Shown piece after piece: positions 37,701-46,940 of a stretch of 64,000 nt of DNA; the stretch's first letter is position 1; each line of letters starts with the position of its first letter. The notes beneath the pieces are model-generated. The model made no database searches. It was given only the letters and a program-made list of their open reading frames with translations, and had not been told where the DNA came from. A program made the translations under genes and the position numbers. Source of the stretch: Patescibacteria group bacterium (GTDB lineage Bacteria; Patescibacteriota; Microgenomatia; UBA1400; PJMF01); NCBI GenBank assembly GCA_041747555.1, contig JBGTEY010000003.1:19127-83126 (forward strand), given 5' to 3'.

Positions 37701-37933
37701 TGATTCTGACGCAGAGCTGCAAGTTCTTTTGCCGTTTCTATCAAGTCAATTAAGTTATTTAATTGGTAAATATCACCCTCCGCCTCATTGGTGCGGTTAT
37801 CAAGAACGTCCGCTTTTTCATCCAACACCTCATGGTCTGACTTGGCATCATTAATGAGATCGTTTATTTCCTTCACCAAATCTTTAAGTGGTTTGGAGTA
37901 GTCTTCGCTTCGCGATGTGGTTTCTTTTACCAT
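34709..37933 (-). CDS. Large hypothetical protein (1074 aa), N-terminal coiled coil, no signal peptide
   Basis: A long uninterrupted ORF. The N-terminal 300 aa is heptad/charged-rich. No catalytic motif is recognised. Confidence 0.4.
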   Translation of the reverse strand: MVKETTSRSEDYSKPLKDLVKEINDLINDAKSDHEVLDEKADVLDNRTNEAEGDIYQLNNLIDLIETAKELAALRQNQAKDPQKKAEAADLFQPFKDRLLGLKRDAGVYGRTLLEKEIDKLSREYMSIGPRSDEIDDLIREVRALTGEPLAQPPDQPQQPREIDVANWPADKHPDDAKKVGPLMTSIATRLANEPDWNPEKDRDVSKLRTFLSGLKDAIADSEIPGSSRGNKRQVADFLDREYVKPAEQVLADVETRVKRLKNKEFEDWKQKYEAGLLKNLLDILNTGVPASQQDLAQQQQELRNQLSRLESLVRRTTDALRKQHLEKLLQRANEREARNAEAIKLGTEREEVAQYRQLVKPLSDAVDTTLDIDLANIAPHSSRADAHTKASLEAIKIALDAAYQAAQTRDLLNRANYDHNPIIIEIINYLVGENNLSGRHAKAVEHLTEAIDIAQRLPERERLENELEVLYGQIVSSEKPSKGSGSEGVILKKAERIREIAEEIGAKKEWAIKLLLWDAFIGAANSDVFNQLAWDSLDESRAKISGEVGLADMREFLSDPENYRAAEKIEELFLAGTITYVDDNGNPLKNKNGDYIGCLKEIKKENFVLMGGARVSLDPAIHKIDKGRGGTPVVRNDAGAVIGKLLVVESSSTKLVNGRPIPLEHDYGRFGNPRDFELKQGKLNIGDVLQALFPDLKPSSITGIQLMALIGELRAKAYAPHLAAYIETNKPTWDISAIKQASPMSYIMYKIRSFAFVPKELKILWQVLRLPTNDRYGTKVLSESTGERSPDVSRFKYRGNTGTEWKTKVKGDDNVEEFIEARELVDRRITLSKMRGIEVGDDLAFFPYIWDLILDRDGGDYGGITYTEYIKTMNSWLEFVNLANKPPTLTHEDDLSSGIGQIISAFSPLKGIYPILVGTRYYDVFIGACQEMILRYVKDIYDQYDEKSKKPTRLVKAKSFRDVSVELFNKAETFPDVLRDYVVQKIVDGTSLRLKGEDVNDTRLFSKLRGKAFRTIGFEKPKKVKLPAIPEFTIPAINFKIRSPWWFEARFNRKLKRYLREPSIKEQQQAADH

Positions 37934-38228
37934 ACCCTGTAATTATACCACCAACCCACCCACACAATCCACCCACACTCGAGGTTTTATCGCGGTGGCA
38001 TCATGAACTACTAAAATCGCTTTCCACTTGCCAAGCGTCTAAAAAATATGATACAAAATGATCCGTAGTTATTTGTGGAATCTGGTGGAACTCCAGAACT
38101 GTGCCGCAACGGTTAAAGTCCGATCTTCAGATAACGCTTGGGAGTTTTTCTCTCGAGTAAACCGACGAGCATCGGGCACGCACCAGAGTTTTTTTCAAAA
38201 AAAACTATTAAATTTGCGCACCCATGCT

Positions 38229-38250
38229 CCTCTTAAACGAGGAGTTTTTT
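38229..38250 (+). terminator. Terminator-like hairpin (ctcctc-ttaaac-gaggag + T6) abutting the annotated start of the downstream gene
   Basis: Read directly from the sequence at 38229-38250. Confidence 0.45.
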
Positions 38251-40147
38251 GTTAGCCACACCAGAGAGATCCCCATCATTTAGGCACGCCAAAGTTCGAT
38301 TCGGTGAACGCGTGAACAGAAATCTTGATCAAATTTCTGCGCTGCTTTCCAGAAGAAAACATGAGCTTTGGGACTCAAGCGCATATTTTAATCATCTTTT
38401 GATCTCTAAAAATGCAAGGCAAAGCACGCAGCGTCTCAAGCTCGATCTCACCACTTTTTTCCATGAATACGTTGGCATGTTCTGGAAAAAAATCTATCCC
38501 TACTCCAAGTACGGTATTTTTGACGGGTATGACGTGCCAATGAGTCAGTTGGGATGGAATTTTGAAAGATTGCTCAAAAATGAAGGTAAATGCACAATTC
38601 GTGCCAGCCTCGAAACACTCGGAATGCAAACTTTCGAAGACTGGGCTGATGATGCAACAGTGCCAATTGGTGCAGCGCTGCTCTACATCAGTCCTCGGGG
38701 ATCAAGAACTAAAGAAAACTATCCAGGATTTGAAAAAGAAAATTATGTTTTTATCAATATTTTTCAAAAAATTGGTTTAAATCAGCACCAACTTATTCAG
38801 TACACGAGCTTTGACGGCGAGGATGCGCTTGAAAAATTACAGCTTGACGTGCTCAAGTCATGCACTGGATCGTCAATCACCACCCACTCCAATCAAGTAA
38901 ATACCGATGACTTATCACAATCACACAGCATTATCGCAAGGAAAATTAAACTCCCTACTTGTTTTTCAATCAAAGACATTGAAGAAAAAGTCTACGAACA
39001 TGAATCAAGTTGGCCGACTAAACGCAAGGATTTACCCCAAGTAGACGAAGTTCAGTTTGGGTTCGAGCTCGAGCGACTACTTAAATTCTGTGAATCTGCA
39101 TTCTTGACCCTAGCGCATCAAAATCACGAATCTTCTGAGGAGCTAAAACCATCACATCTGCAAAAATTTGCCGAATTCCACCAAGAAATTGATGGCGCAT
39201 CTTTACCACCAGAGAAACAATTTGACATACTCATCGCCTGCGCCCGGAAAGAATTTTTAAAATGGGTGCAAGATCATTCAGAAAACTACCACACCAAGTC
39301 GATCACACTGCAGCCACTTGCTCTGGAAAAGATCGTTGAGTTGTGGGGGCACGAATGTCTTAAGGAAACCAGGCAACTCAAGGGCAAGCAAAAATCACAC
39401 CTTAGAGAACTGCATGAGTCGATTGCTCTTGACCCAACTCTTCCGCTCATGAAGCTCTCAAGTCTTGCGCACTGCATTGCCTTCACTCCCCACTCAGTTG
39501 CACTGAATTTAGTAAAGTTTCCACAGGTAAGTTGGGGAGTCGGGATGTCTGCCCAGCTACTAAACCTTTCTTCTTTAGAAAAATCGGACGCGCTCGCGGA
39601 GCTCAAGCAACACTATGTGCAAAAAAACCTTTTTGGTCAGCGGTGGTATATTTTGCGAACTGAAAGTCATGAGTACACCGAACTCACCTGCATACTTAAA
39701 AATGGAGACGTGATTGGTCCGTGTGGCATTCCACTCAACGAAGATCGTGAATTTTGCCTATCAGCCGAAGCTTATGACCAGCTACTGTCAACGCTCAGCG
39801 TCAACAGTCCACACACAAAGCTTACTACGTTACAATCACATTTTAACAACTCAGATCTCACACAAGATGAAAAAAATCATGCAGATCAATTTATGACATT
39901 TCTCGAGACGCTTGTTCGACACACCGCAAGTTTACTCGAATTTATAAACAACGATTTTTACTCACCGCTTGCAAACCAGATACTTGCGCTCATAGAAGAA
40001 CTTCCCGATCCGCTTATGATTGTTAAAAGCCCTCATTTTTTTGTTAAAAAAATAGCAGTATTTCTCCAAGATATCGATGAAACCCTCCTCCCGCTCTTTT
40101 TCTCTCAAGAACTCCGCACCTCACCAACAGTGAAAAAAACGGTATAA
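38249..40147 (+). CDS. hypothetical protein (632 aa)
   Basis: A long ORF with no signal peptide. The TTG start at 38249 lies inside the T-run of a hairpin, so the true start may be downstream (first Met at codon 76). Confidence 0.4.
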   Translation: MLATPERSPSFRHAKVRFGERVNRNLDQISALLSRRKHELWDSSAYFNHLLISKNARQSTQRLKLDLTTFFHEYVGMFWKKIYPYSKYGIFDGYDVPMSQLGWNFERLLKNEGKCTIRASLETLGMQTFEDWADDATVPIGAALLYISPRGSRTKENYPGFEKENYVFINIFQKIGLNQHQLIQYTSFDGEDALEKLQLDVLKSCTGSSITTHSNQVNTDDLSQSHSIIARKIKLPTCFSIKDIEEKVYEHESSWPTKRKDLPQVDEVQFGFELERLLKFCESAFLTLAHQNHESSEELKPSHLQKFAEFHQEIDGASLPPEKQFDILIACARKEFLKWVQDHSENYHTKSITLQPLALEKIVELWGHECLKETRQLKGKQKSHLRELHESIALDPTLPLMKLSSLAHCIAFTPHSVALNLVKFPQVSWGVGMSAQLLNLSSLEKSDALAELKQHYVQKNLFGQRWYILRTESHEYTELTCILKNGDVIGPCGIPLNEDREFCLSAEAYDQLLSTLSVNSPHTKLTTLQSHFNNSDLTQDEKNHADQFMTFLETLVRHTASLLEFINNDFYSPLANQILALIEELPDPLMIVKSPHFFVKKIAVFLQDIDETLLPLFFSQELRTSPTVKKTV

Positions 40148-40155
40148 TCGAGAGT

Positions 40156-41823
40156 ATGGTCGACGACTCAACGACAGTTACTGTAGTGCCTGAAAATACT
40201 CAACCTGAACATCAGGGGGAGATGCTCGAACCTGGGTACACCAAAATCGATTCAATTCCACAATTTAGCCAAGCGCTTACTCGAGATGAGGTGTATGAAA
40301 TATTGGCACGCATTGGCAATATTTACACCAGCAAAGGGTTGATTGGCCAACAAACAATATATTTAAAAACCGAGAACAGCCCGGGCTGGGAAGAGTTCAT
40401 TAGTGAGGATGTATCTACCACTTCCCGCAGCGATAGGAAGGGGTCGCAGCCACTCAGATACAGCACGCTCTTCAGTCTTTTTGGCGCACTTGGTTTTTGG
40501 CTCAAGAATCATGGCTATCCTAAGTTAACTGAGTTTAGCAACCCCACAACCTGGATGCGTCAAATGATGCTTGAGGGGGAGGTGGATAGAGAAACCAACT
40601 CAATTTCTGAACTTTCGCTCTCAAACAGTGAGCAGTTACATGAGACCGCCCTCCGCCTGTATCAAGCAGCGCTGAGAATAGAAAATAACGACCCAAGCAC
40701 ACCAAAAACCACAAGCGCACAGCTCTTTCCCAAAACCGATCTCGTTTTAGCGTTCGCAAACTACATAGATCTACCAGAAAAAGAGGATGAAGAGACAGAT
40801 CCTGAAAGCGGTGGTGAAGCTGGTGATGACGTCGCAGTCACCGATGACACGCTCCAGGCGCAAGTTTCTCAACCCCAAGTTGCCCCACAAGAAACGCAAA
40901 CACCAGAAGAAACAGCGACACAAACCCCAAGCTCCGAGCGAGCACGAAAAATTAGATACGAATCAGCCTGGCTATATAACCGAGCGTTAGCCGATCTATT
41001 TTATAGCAATGGTATTCAACTTGATCAAATTCCCGCAGATTTAAGAGCTCAACTTCTCGCAGAAGTCACCATGCTTGCCAGCCAACAAAGCGACGAGGCC
41101 CTCGCGCTCATCTTTGCCAGTCCAAGCAAGCGCCAAGCACTACTCAATCAGCTGTACGGCAGACTACAAGCATCACCCTATTTTTCCAAGCTAAGTGCTT
41201 TTTACACCCAAAGACTCAATGAAACCACTGACCCACAACAAAAGAAAGAGCTCGAAGTAAAGGTAGAGCAAAACCTGGGACCAATATCTGGCGGGGCTGT
41301 CGTAATTACTTCCATACAACCCCAAAATCAAGAAGACATTCTTGAAATGTCGATTCAAGAGATATTGCACTCTGATAACCCAGTTGTCATAAGAAACATC
41401 AGGCGCACTATTGACTCATTTGTTCATGCATACGGCGTTAATTCCGTAATTCCAGATGATGAAGAAAGAGCTCGTCGCCAAGCACAAAACCCAGCTGATG
41501 CTCTCTGGTTTATTCATACGCTTTCAAAAGGCAAAATTGCACTAATTTTTCAGATTGAACAAAATCTCAGTGCCAGAGATGTTTCTCGACTTAAGGAGCT
41601 ACTCTCTGACTATGCAGTTGTTACCGCCACCGAACGTATTCTCGACGGTCGATCAATTGGAATTGCGTATGGCGCCTTTCCGATTACAGCAGTAGAGCAA
41701 CAAGCGCTTATTGGTGGTGGTGAAAAAGCTGAGCAAGTTTTTTCACAGCATGTACGAGTAATCAATGACGTTCGACAATTAGTTGCTGAAACAGATGGTG
41801 GCGTCGTTGCAGCTGCACTTTAG
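40156..41823 (+). CDS. hypothetical acidic protein (555 aa)
   Basis: A long ORF with no signal peptide and an acidic, Thr/Gln-rich central linker. Confidence 0.4.
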   Translation: MVDDSTTVTVVPENTQPEHQGEMLEPGYTKIDSIPQFSQALTRDEVYEILARIGNIYTSKGLIGQQTIYLKTENSPGWEEFISEDVSTTSRSDRKGSQPLRYSTLFSLFGALGFWLKNHGYPKLTEFSNPTTWMRQMMLEGEVDRETNSISELSLSNSEQLHETALRLYQAALRIENNDPSTPKTTSAQLFPKTDLVLAFANYIDLPEKEDEETDPESGGEAGDDVAVTDDTLQAQVSQPQVAPQETQTPEETATQTPSSERARKIRYESAWLYNRALADLFYSNGIQLDQIPADLRAQLLAEVTMLASQQSDEALALIFASPSKRQALLNQLYGRLQASPYFSKLSAFYTQRLNETTDPQQKKELEVKVEQNLGPISGGAVVITSIQPQNQEDILEMSIQEILHSDNPVVIRNIRRTIDSFVHAYGVNSVIPDDEERARRQAQNPADALWFIHTLSKGKIALIFQIEQNLSARDVSRLKELLSDYAVVTATERILDGRSIGIAYGAFPITAVEQQALIGGGEKAEQVFSQHVRVINDVRQLVAETDGGVVAAAL

Positions 41824-41910
41824 CGGAATAACTCAGAGGGGTTTAGAGAAGTCGAATATAAAATATTTCTCCCTCTCTGGAATAGTCTCTCTCCAGCAGA
41901 GCAAAGATTT

Positions 41911-44900
41911 GTGTATCAAAAATTTAATATACCTTTCAAAAAATTCGAGAATAAACTCGACTCTCTACCGCTTATTGAACAATTTTTCTCATTTAGATTA
42001 AAAGACTTGGATAGATTTAGAGCACTGAGTGAGCTTGAGCAAGAGGCGGTCATTTCTGGCAAGATTAGCCAGCTGCAATCATCTACAAGTGCGATAACCG
42101 CACTTGAAAAAAAACTCGAAGAAACTCACCGATTGTCGCTCGCTCCACCCACCGGCATTGGCCTTGCCTTAGAAAAATTATCTGCTCTTGAGAGAGATAT
42201 TTTAAGACTCGGCCAGACGTTACCTGCAGGCTCCCCAGAACTTAGTCGACTTCAGCAATCGGTGGCAATTGCTCGAGTCCAACTAGAAAAACAACGCACT
42301 GCAACTGCTCGTTTTATTGATGTTGACTTTCAGTCTCAAGCTGGTCTTGCGGCTCTGAAATCAAGACTCGATCCCTTAGCGCAAGATCAGTCTCGAGTTG
42401 GTGCAGAGATAGACACAATAAAATCTCAAGTAGGAGGGCTTGAACAGTCGGTTTCTCGATTTGAAAGCACAACCAGCCCAACATTTATTGCTCAAACAGA
42501 AGCAGCTACCACACTTCATCAACTTCGCAATAAACTTTTGCGCCAAATAGAGCGGTCTCCATCAAGTGTTCAATTGCGAGATATTGAATCAGCTATTCAA
42601 CACATAGAGCAGCTTATAACCACTGAACAACAAGCAGTTAGACAAGCTGAAGTTGGTGGAATAGATTCTAGCTCAACTTCGCAACCTACCCAAAGCATGG
42701 GCAAGAAACTACTAGATCAAGCCCCTTCGGTCAAAGCTCTCGAAGAACTCAGGGGGCAACTCAAATCAATCTTACGGAGGCGTGGTCGTGATCAAACAGT
42801 GGTAAGGGAAATACAAGAGCAAATTACCGCTGTTCATGAGCGGTTAATCAATTTAAACAGAGCTCGGCAGGCAGCATTTGGTCAAGGAAATACCGCTTCA
42901 CTTTCTGCTCTCGCTGCTATTCGAACCGATCTAGATGCATTGGGCGACCGACAACCGCGAACTTTATCCGCTATCCAAGCTATTAAGGGTCAGGTAGGAA
43001 CGATTGAGCGAAAAGTAATCGAAGATCAAAATAATTCCAGCTCCCCACTTGAGGCACAAACAGATGCAATTTTATCACTCGGGCAACTCAGAACCCAACT
43101 CGAACATCAAATAAAACTATCACCTTCGAACTCTAAACTGCGCAGGATAGAAAATGCAATTCAAAAAATAGAACAGCAAATAATTCGTGAGCAACGCGCT
43201 ATTAAGAGAATTGAGGCTGGAAACAATGATCCCAATTCAATTAATACCGTTGTCTCAAGCGCAGGAGTTAGTTTTTTTGAACAATCACCCTCAATTATCG
43301 CTCTTGAGGAGCTAAAAAACCAACTACGACTGCTCTCTGGCATGCAGGATCAATATCGCATGGAGGTCATCGATATTCAACAAAAGATTTCTGCAGTTCA
43401 TAAACGATTAGAAGACACGCGGAGATCACTTGCAATTCCTTTCGAATTGTCTGGGCTCAGCGAGAAGGACATAGAAGTCGCTACACTTCTTGAACTAGTT
43501 AGAGCTCATGAAAAAAATCGACTATCTATTGAAGTGGCTGCAGGGATAAGAGAAAAGCTCCTTCAGGGTAGAAGCGCGCAGGAGATCGCACTATTGCTTG
43601 CATATCTGGAGCAAGGGAGTCGCGTGAGTTTGGGATATCAGGATAGCGCGGGCGATGGTGCATATGACGTTGGGAGTTTAGATGATTACAGCTTGAGTGC
43701 AATTGCTGGAGCTGACGAAATGCTCTCTGAGGGTGGTGGTGCATCGACTGGAATTGCTCAAAGATTTAACAATTGGCGTCATGGGAGTAACCGATCAAAA
43801 TTACAAAGAGGTTTTAATTACGCGACCAACAAATTAATGTCTCGAGGTGCGCAAGCGCTGTCTCCATGGGCAGCGGGTGCGCTCGCCATATCAAACAGAT
43901 TAATTGGTGAAGAAAATACCAATCGAGTTATCGGTGGCACACTCGCACTCATGATTGGTACCACCGTTGCCGCACTCAGCTCTTGGGGAGGCCGAATTGG
44001 CGCTCTCCTTGGTGGAACCCTTGGTGGTGTGGTGGGCTCGTATGTACCGGTCTTGGGCACAGCTGTTGGCGCAGTAGGCGGTGGTATCGCGGGTGGCTTG
44101 GCTGGGCATGTCTATATTCAGCCAGTTCTGGATAAAATTTTTGGCACCGGAACAGCGGAGTCAAGCGCGGGCTTTTCTGGTGCAAACTTAGGGAACCTCA
44201 ATCTTGGATCGCCTTCTGTGGCAGGTCAACTTCCGGGCGGAGTTGGTGCCAGCACTGGTTTGGGTGTCTCGAGCTCAGCAACACCTGGGGTAACTTTGGG
44301 TTCTAGTGGAGCCACTACTGCTGCTATGGCACCAACGCTGGGCACGGTTGCAGGCACCGGAGGTGCTGGTGTCGCGAGTGCCGGACTTACAGGAGCGGGC
44401 AATGCTGGATTAGGCACAGGAGTGGGCGCCACCCAGGCTAGTATTTGGGAAACATTAGTTAAATCACTGGGTGAGTTCTCTGTTGGAACTGTAGCACCCA
44501 TAGGCGCGATGGTGTTTGGCATAACATCGTTCACATTCACAATGTGGATTATTTTTGCTGCATTTTTAGCACCACTTCCCCTTGAGCCAGGCGCTGGATC
44601 TCAAACTCCGGGGTTTATCGAGGGATTTCAAGGATGTTGGCCGACAACGGGCACAATTAGCGGATATTTAACGTATTCATCTGATGGATCACAGCATGCA
44701 ACTATGCCAGGTGGATATGGTGGATTTGCTGGGCCAGGCACTGCTATCGATATTTCTACCGGTAGCAATCAGCCACCAATTTACTCCCCGTATTCTGGTA
44801 CAGCTGATTTTTATCCCAATGGTCATGGAATAAGCACTCTATACGGTACTCATGTGGTTCTCACCACCCCTGATTTTGTAATTATTTTTGCTCACATGAG

Positions 44901-45918
44901 AGATTTTGGTTCCGCAGCTACGATGAATGGACCAACAATGGATGTACCAATCATAGCTGGCCAACAAATAGGATTTGTAAATAGTACGGGCAACTCCACC
45001 GGAAACCACCTCCACTATGAAGTAATAGGAGACCCACCCATTACTATCCTAAGTCTTTTGCCTCTGAGCAACAGTTTTAAACAAGCTATCACTGTGAGTG
45101 AAGAAACAATTTTTGGTCTCCCCGTCAGCTCCACCGACTGCGCAATTAAAAATCTTGGTGATGCAACAGGGTTTATGGCCATCGGACCAAAAGAGATAAA
45201 TAATTTATTAATGTCTAGCACTGCAGAAATCAATCAAGGACCAATTAGAACCTGCACTTGGCAACAAAATCGAAATCTAGAAGCTGCAATTAATGCAAAC
45301 TTCTTTAATGCCAGTTTACTCCCCGTTGGTATTGCAGGAAACAATCCTGCCAAGTACTGGGAGAATGCAGATAATAGAGACATCACTTTTATTGAACAAA
45401 TGCAATCATTAGTGGTAACCTCTTCAACCGACTCAATCATTATGACCAGACCAGATCCCGACTTAGCGTATTCTCCCGCGAATGACTTTCCAATTGATCT
45501 ACCCGAATATAGCTCCGGCATCACCGGTCTCTATGTTGAGGGTGATAGCAGCACAAGTGATGTAAGGAATAGAACGCTAATAGGAACTGGAGTTGCTTCT
45601 GCTGATTGCTCAACTGAGTACGCAGGTGATGAGGTGATCTTCCTCCTAGTAATGAATAGCGCGACATTTGATGAAATTGAGCAAGAGGCTAGACGATGCG
45701 GAGCTACCGAAGTTATTCATCTCGATGGTGGTGGTTCAAGTGCATTTTGCACGAATGATCCTAACTACAATTTCGCGACAACAACTCCTGTTCCGGTAAA
45801 TGTTGGACTGTACCGCGCTGAGTTATTTTCAATTATTGAGGAAGATGGCGAGACCATCATTCAACCAGAACCAGGTGGAGGCGCGAACGACCCCGAACCA
45901 CCAATCGCACCAATCTAA
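41911..45918 (+). CDS. Multidomain cell-wall hydrolase candidate: coiled-coil tandem repeat, Gly-zipper segment, M23 peptidase, phosphodiester-glycosidase-like C-terminus
   Basis: Two ~186-aa repeats lie at aa 145-330 and 331-515 (ALEELRGQLK/ALEELKNQLR; ITAVHERL/ISAVHKRL). A Gly-zipper segment follows: GGTLGGVVGSYVPVLGTAVGAVGGGIAGGLAG. The M23 domain carries GTAIDISTG...PYSGTADF and GNSTGNHLHYEV (HxH). The C-terminus has EVIHLDGGGSSAF, the NAGPA-type DGGGSS motif. Confidence 0.65.
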   Translation: MYQKFNIPFKKFENKLDSLPLIEQFFSFRLKDLDRFRALSELEQEAVISGKISQLQSSTSAITALEKKLEETHRLSLAPPTGIGLALEKLSALERDILRLGQTLPAGSPELSRLQQSVAIARVQLEKQRTATARFIDVDFQSQAGLAALKSRLDPLAQDQSRVGAEIDTIKSQVGGLEQSVSRFESTTSPTFIAQTEAATTLHQLRNKLLRQIERSPSSVQLRDIESAIQHIEQLITTEQQAVRQAEVGGIDSSSTSQPTQSMGKKLLDQAPSVKALEELRGQLKSILRRRGRDQTVVREIQEQITAVHERLINLNRARQAAFGQGNTASLSALAAIRTDLDALGDRQPRTLSAIQAIKGQVGTIERKVIEDQNNSSSPLEAQTDAILSLGQLRTQLEHQIKLSPSNSKLRRIENAIQKIEQQIIREQRAIKRIEAGNNDPNSINTVVSSAGVSFFEQSPSIIALEELKNQLRLLSGMQDQYRMEVIDIQQKISAVHKRLEDTRRSLAIPFELSGLSEKDIEVATLLELVRAHEKNRLSIEVAAGIREKLLQGRSAQEIALLLAYLEQGSRVSLGYQDSAGDGAYDVGSLDDYSLSAIAGADEMLSEGGGASTGIAQRFNNWRHGSNRSKLQRGFNYATNKLMSRGAQALSPWAAGALAISNRLIGEENTNRVIGGTLALMIGTTVAALSSWGGRIGALLGGTLGGVVGSYVPVLGTAVGAVGGGIAGGLAGHVYIQPVLDKIFGTGTAESSAGFSGANLGNLNLGSPSVAGQLPGGVGASTGLGVSSSATPGVTLGSSGATTAAMAPTLGTVAGTGGAGVASAGLTGAGNAGLGTGVGATQASIWETLVKSLGEFSVGTVAPIGAMVFGITSFTFTMWIIFAAFLAPLPLEPGAGSQTPGFIEGFQGCWPTTGTISGYLTYSSDGSQHATMPGGYGGFAGPGTAIDISTGSNQPPIYSPYSGTADFYPNGHGISTLYGTHVVLTTPDFVIIFAHMRDFGSAATMNGPTMDVPIIAGQQIGFVNSTGNSTGNHLHYEVIGDPPITILSLLPLSNSFKQAITVSEETIFGLPVSSTDCAIKNLGDATGFMAIGPKEINNLLMSSTAEINQGPIRTCTWQQNRNLEAAINANFFNASLLPVGIAGNNPAKYWENADNRDITFIEQMQSLVVTSSTDSIIMTRPDPDLAYSPANDFPIDLPEYSSGITGLYVEGDSSTSDVRNRTLIGTGVASADCSTEYAGDEVIFLLVMNSATFDEIEQEARRCGATEVIHLDGGGSSAFCTNDPNYNFATTTPVPVNVGLYRAELFSIIEEDGETIIQPEPGGGANDPEPPIAPI

Positions 45919-45935
45919 GGTGTACTATACTAACA

Positions 45936-46919
45936 ATGACCATGGAAAAGATTCGTACCATCATCAGATGGTTTAAAGCACTACCAATCCAATTCAAACT
46001 CTTCGTATTTGTTGTGGTACTCTTGGCGATCTCAGGTATTTTGCGCCTGATTACCCCAGAAGTAACGCCAGAATCTATATTACTCCCAATTACGTCGGGG
46101 GTGGTGGGGCCAAAATCACTAGAGTCTGTGACTATATCTGGCGACCTCCCTCAACTTTCAGAGGAAGTTCCACTCTATCAGGGTGCAAACGCCACCGTTT
46201 CACCTGTTGAATTTGCTACATTTCTTGCTTCACAATTTGGTTTACCCAAATCGAGAGAACTTCCCAACCGATGGGTGGATTCTGAGAGCGGCATTTCTAT
46301 AGACTACAGGGATTACAGTAAACAAATTTTATATCTCCAGTACTTTGAAGAAACAGATGAAAATGCAACGCCCAACCGTGAGCAAGCCATCTCAGTTGCA
46401 GAAACCTTCATCAAAGACACGCTTGGGATTGAAAATGTTTCCCCTCAAATTGCTAATGTGCAGTTTCATGGTGAAGAATCTGTTGTTACTCAAGCAAACG
46501 CCACCCATGTTGTCGTGCCATTTGTTTTTGCCATAGATGGAATTCAAACGTACTACGAGGGAGCAAGGGACACATACGCACTGGTCTACATAGATGCAGA
46601 ATCTAGAGTAGTCAAGGCAGAATTTTTCACCCCACCGCCAAATCCGACGCAGTATGCAGTTGCAGATCCTCTCAATAAAAATACCCTCGAGCGATCAATT
46701 AAATCTGGAAATGGAGAAATAATCGGTTCAACAAGTGTACAGCGTTTCACCATTACTGACTTACAAAATCTCGATATACAACTTATTGAACTGGAGTACC
46801 GATACTCGGTTCGAGATAATCGATTTTACCCGTACTTTCGCATGATTGGAGACGGCGAAACAGCCGACGGCACGATCGCGCGGGTGACTCTCATTCACCC
46901 AGCAGTGGAACTCCAGTAG
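45936..46919 (+). CDS. Bitopic membrane protein (N-terminal TM + about 270 aa external domain); possible VirB8/TcpC-like scaffold
   Basis: TM helix LFVFVVVLLAISGILRL. The assignment rests on topology and synteny (between the hydrolase and the PrgI-like gene) only. Confidence 0.3.
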   Translation: MTMEKIRTIIRWFKALPIQFKLFVFVVVLLAISGILRLITPEVTPESILLPITSGVVGPKSLESVTISGDLPQLSEEVPLYQGANATVSPVEFATFLASQFGLPKSRELPNRWVDSESGISIDYRDYSKQILYLQYFEETDENATPNREQAISVAETFIKDTLGIENVSPQIANVQFHGEESVVTQANATHVVVPFVFAIDGIQTYYEGARDTYALVYIDAESRVVKAEFFTPPPNPTQYAVADPLNKNTLERSIKSGNGEIIGSTSVQRFTITDLQNLDIQLIELEYRYSVRDNRFYPYFRMIGDGETADGTIARVTLIHPAVELQ

Positions 46920-46940
46920 AATCTTGGGTATCATAGACCT

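Noticed and set aside
38058-38255. 65-aa ORF in the divergent intergenic region upstream of 38249
   Set aside because: No start context. It ends inside the terminator hairpin. The region is more likely to be non-coding RNA or leader.
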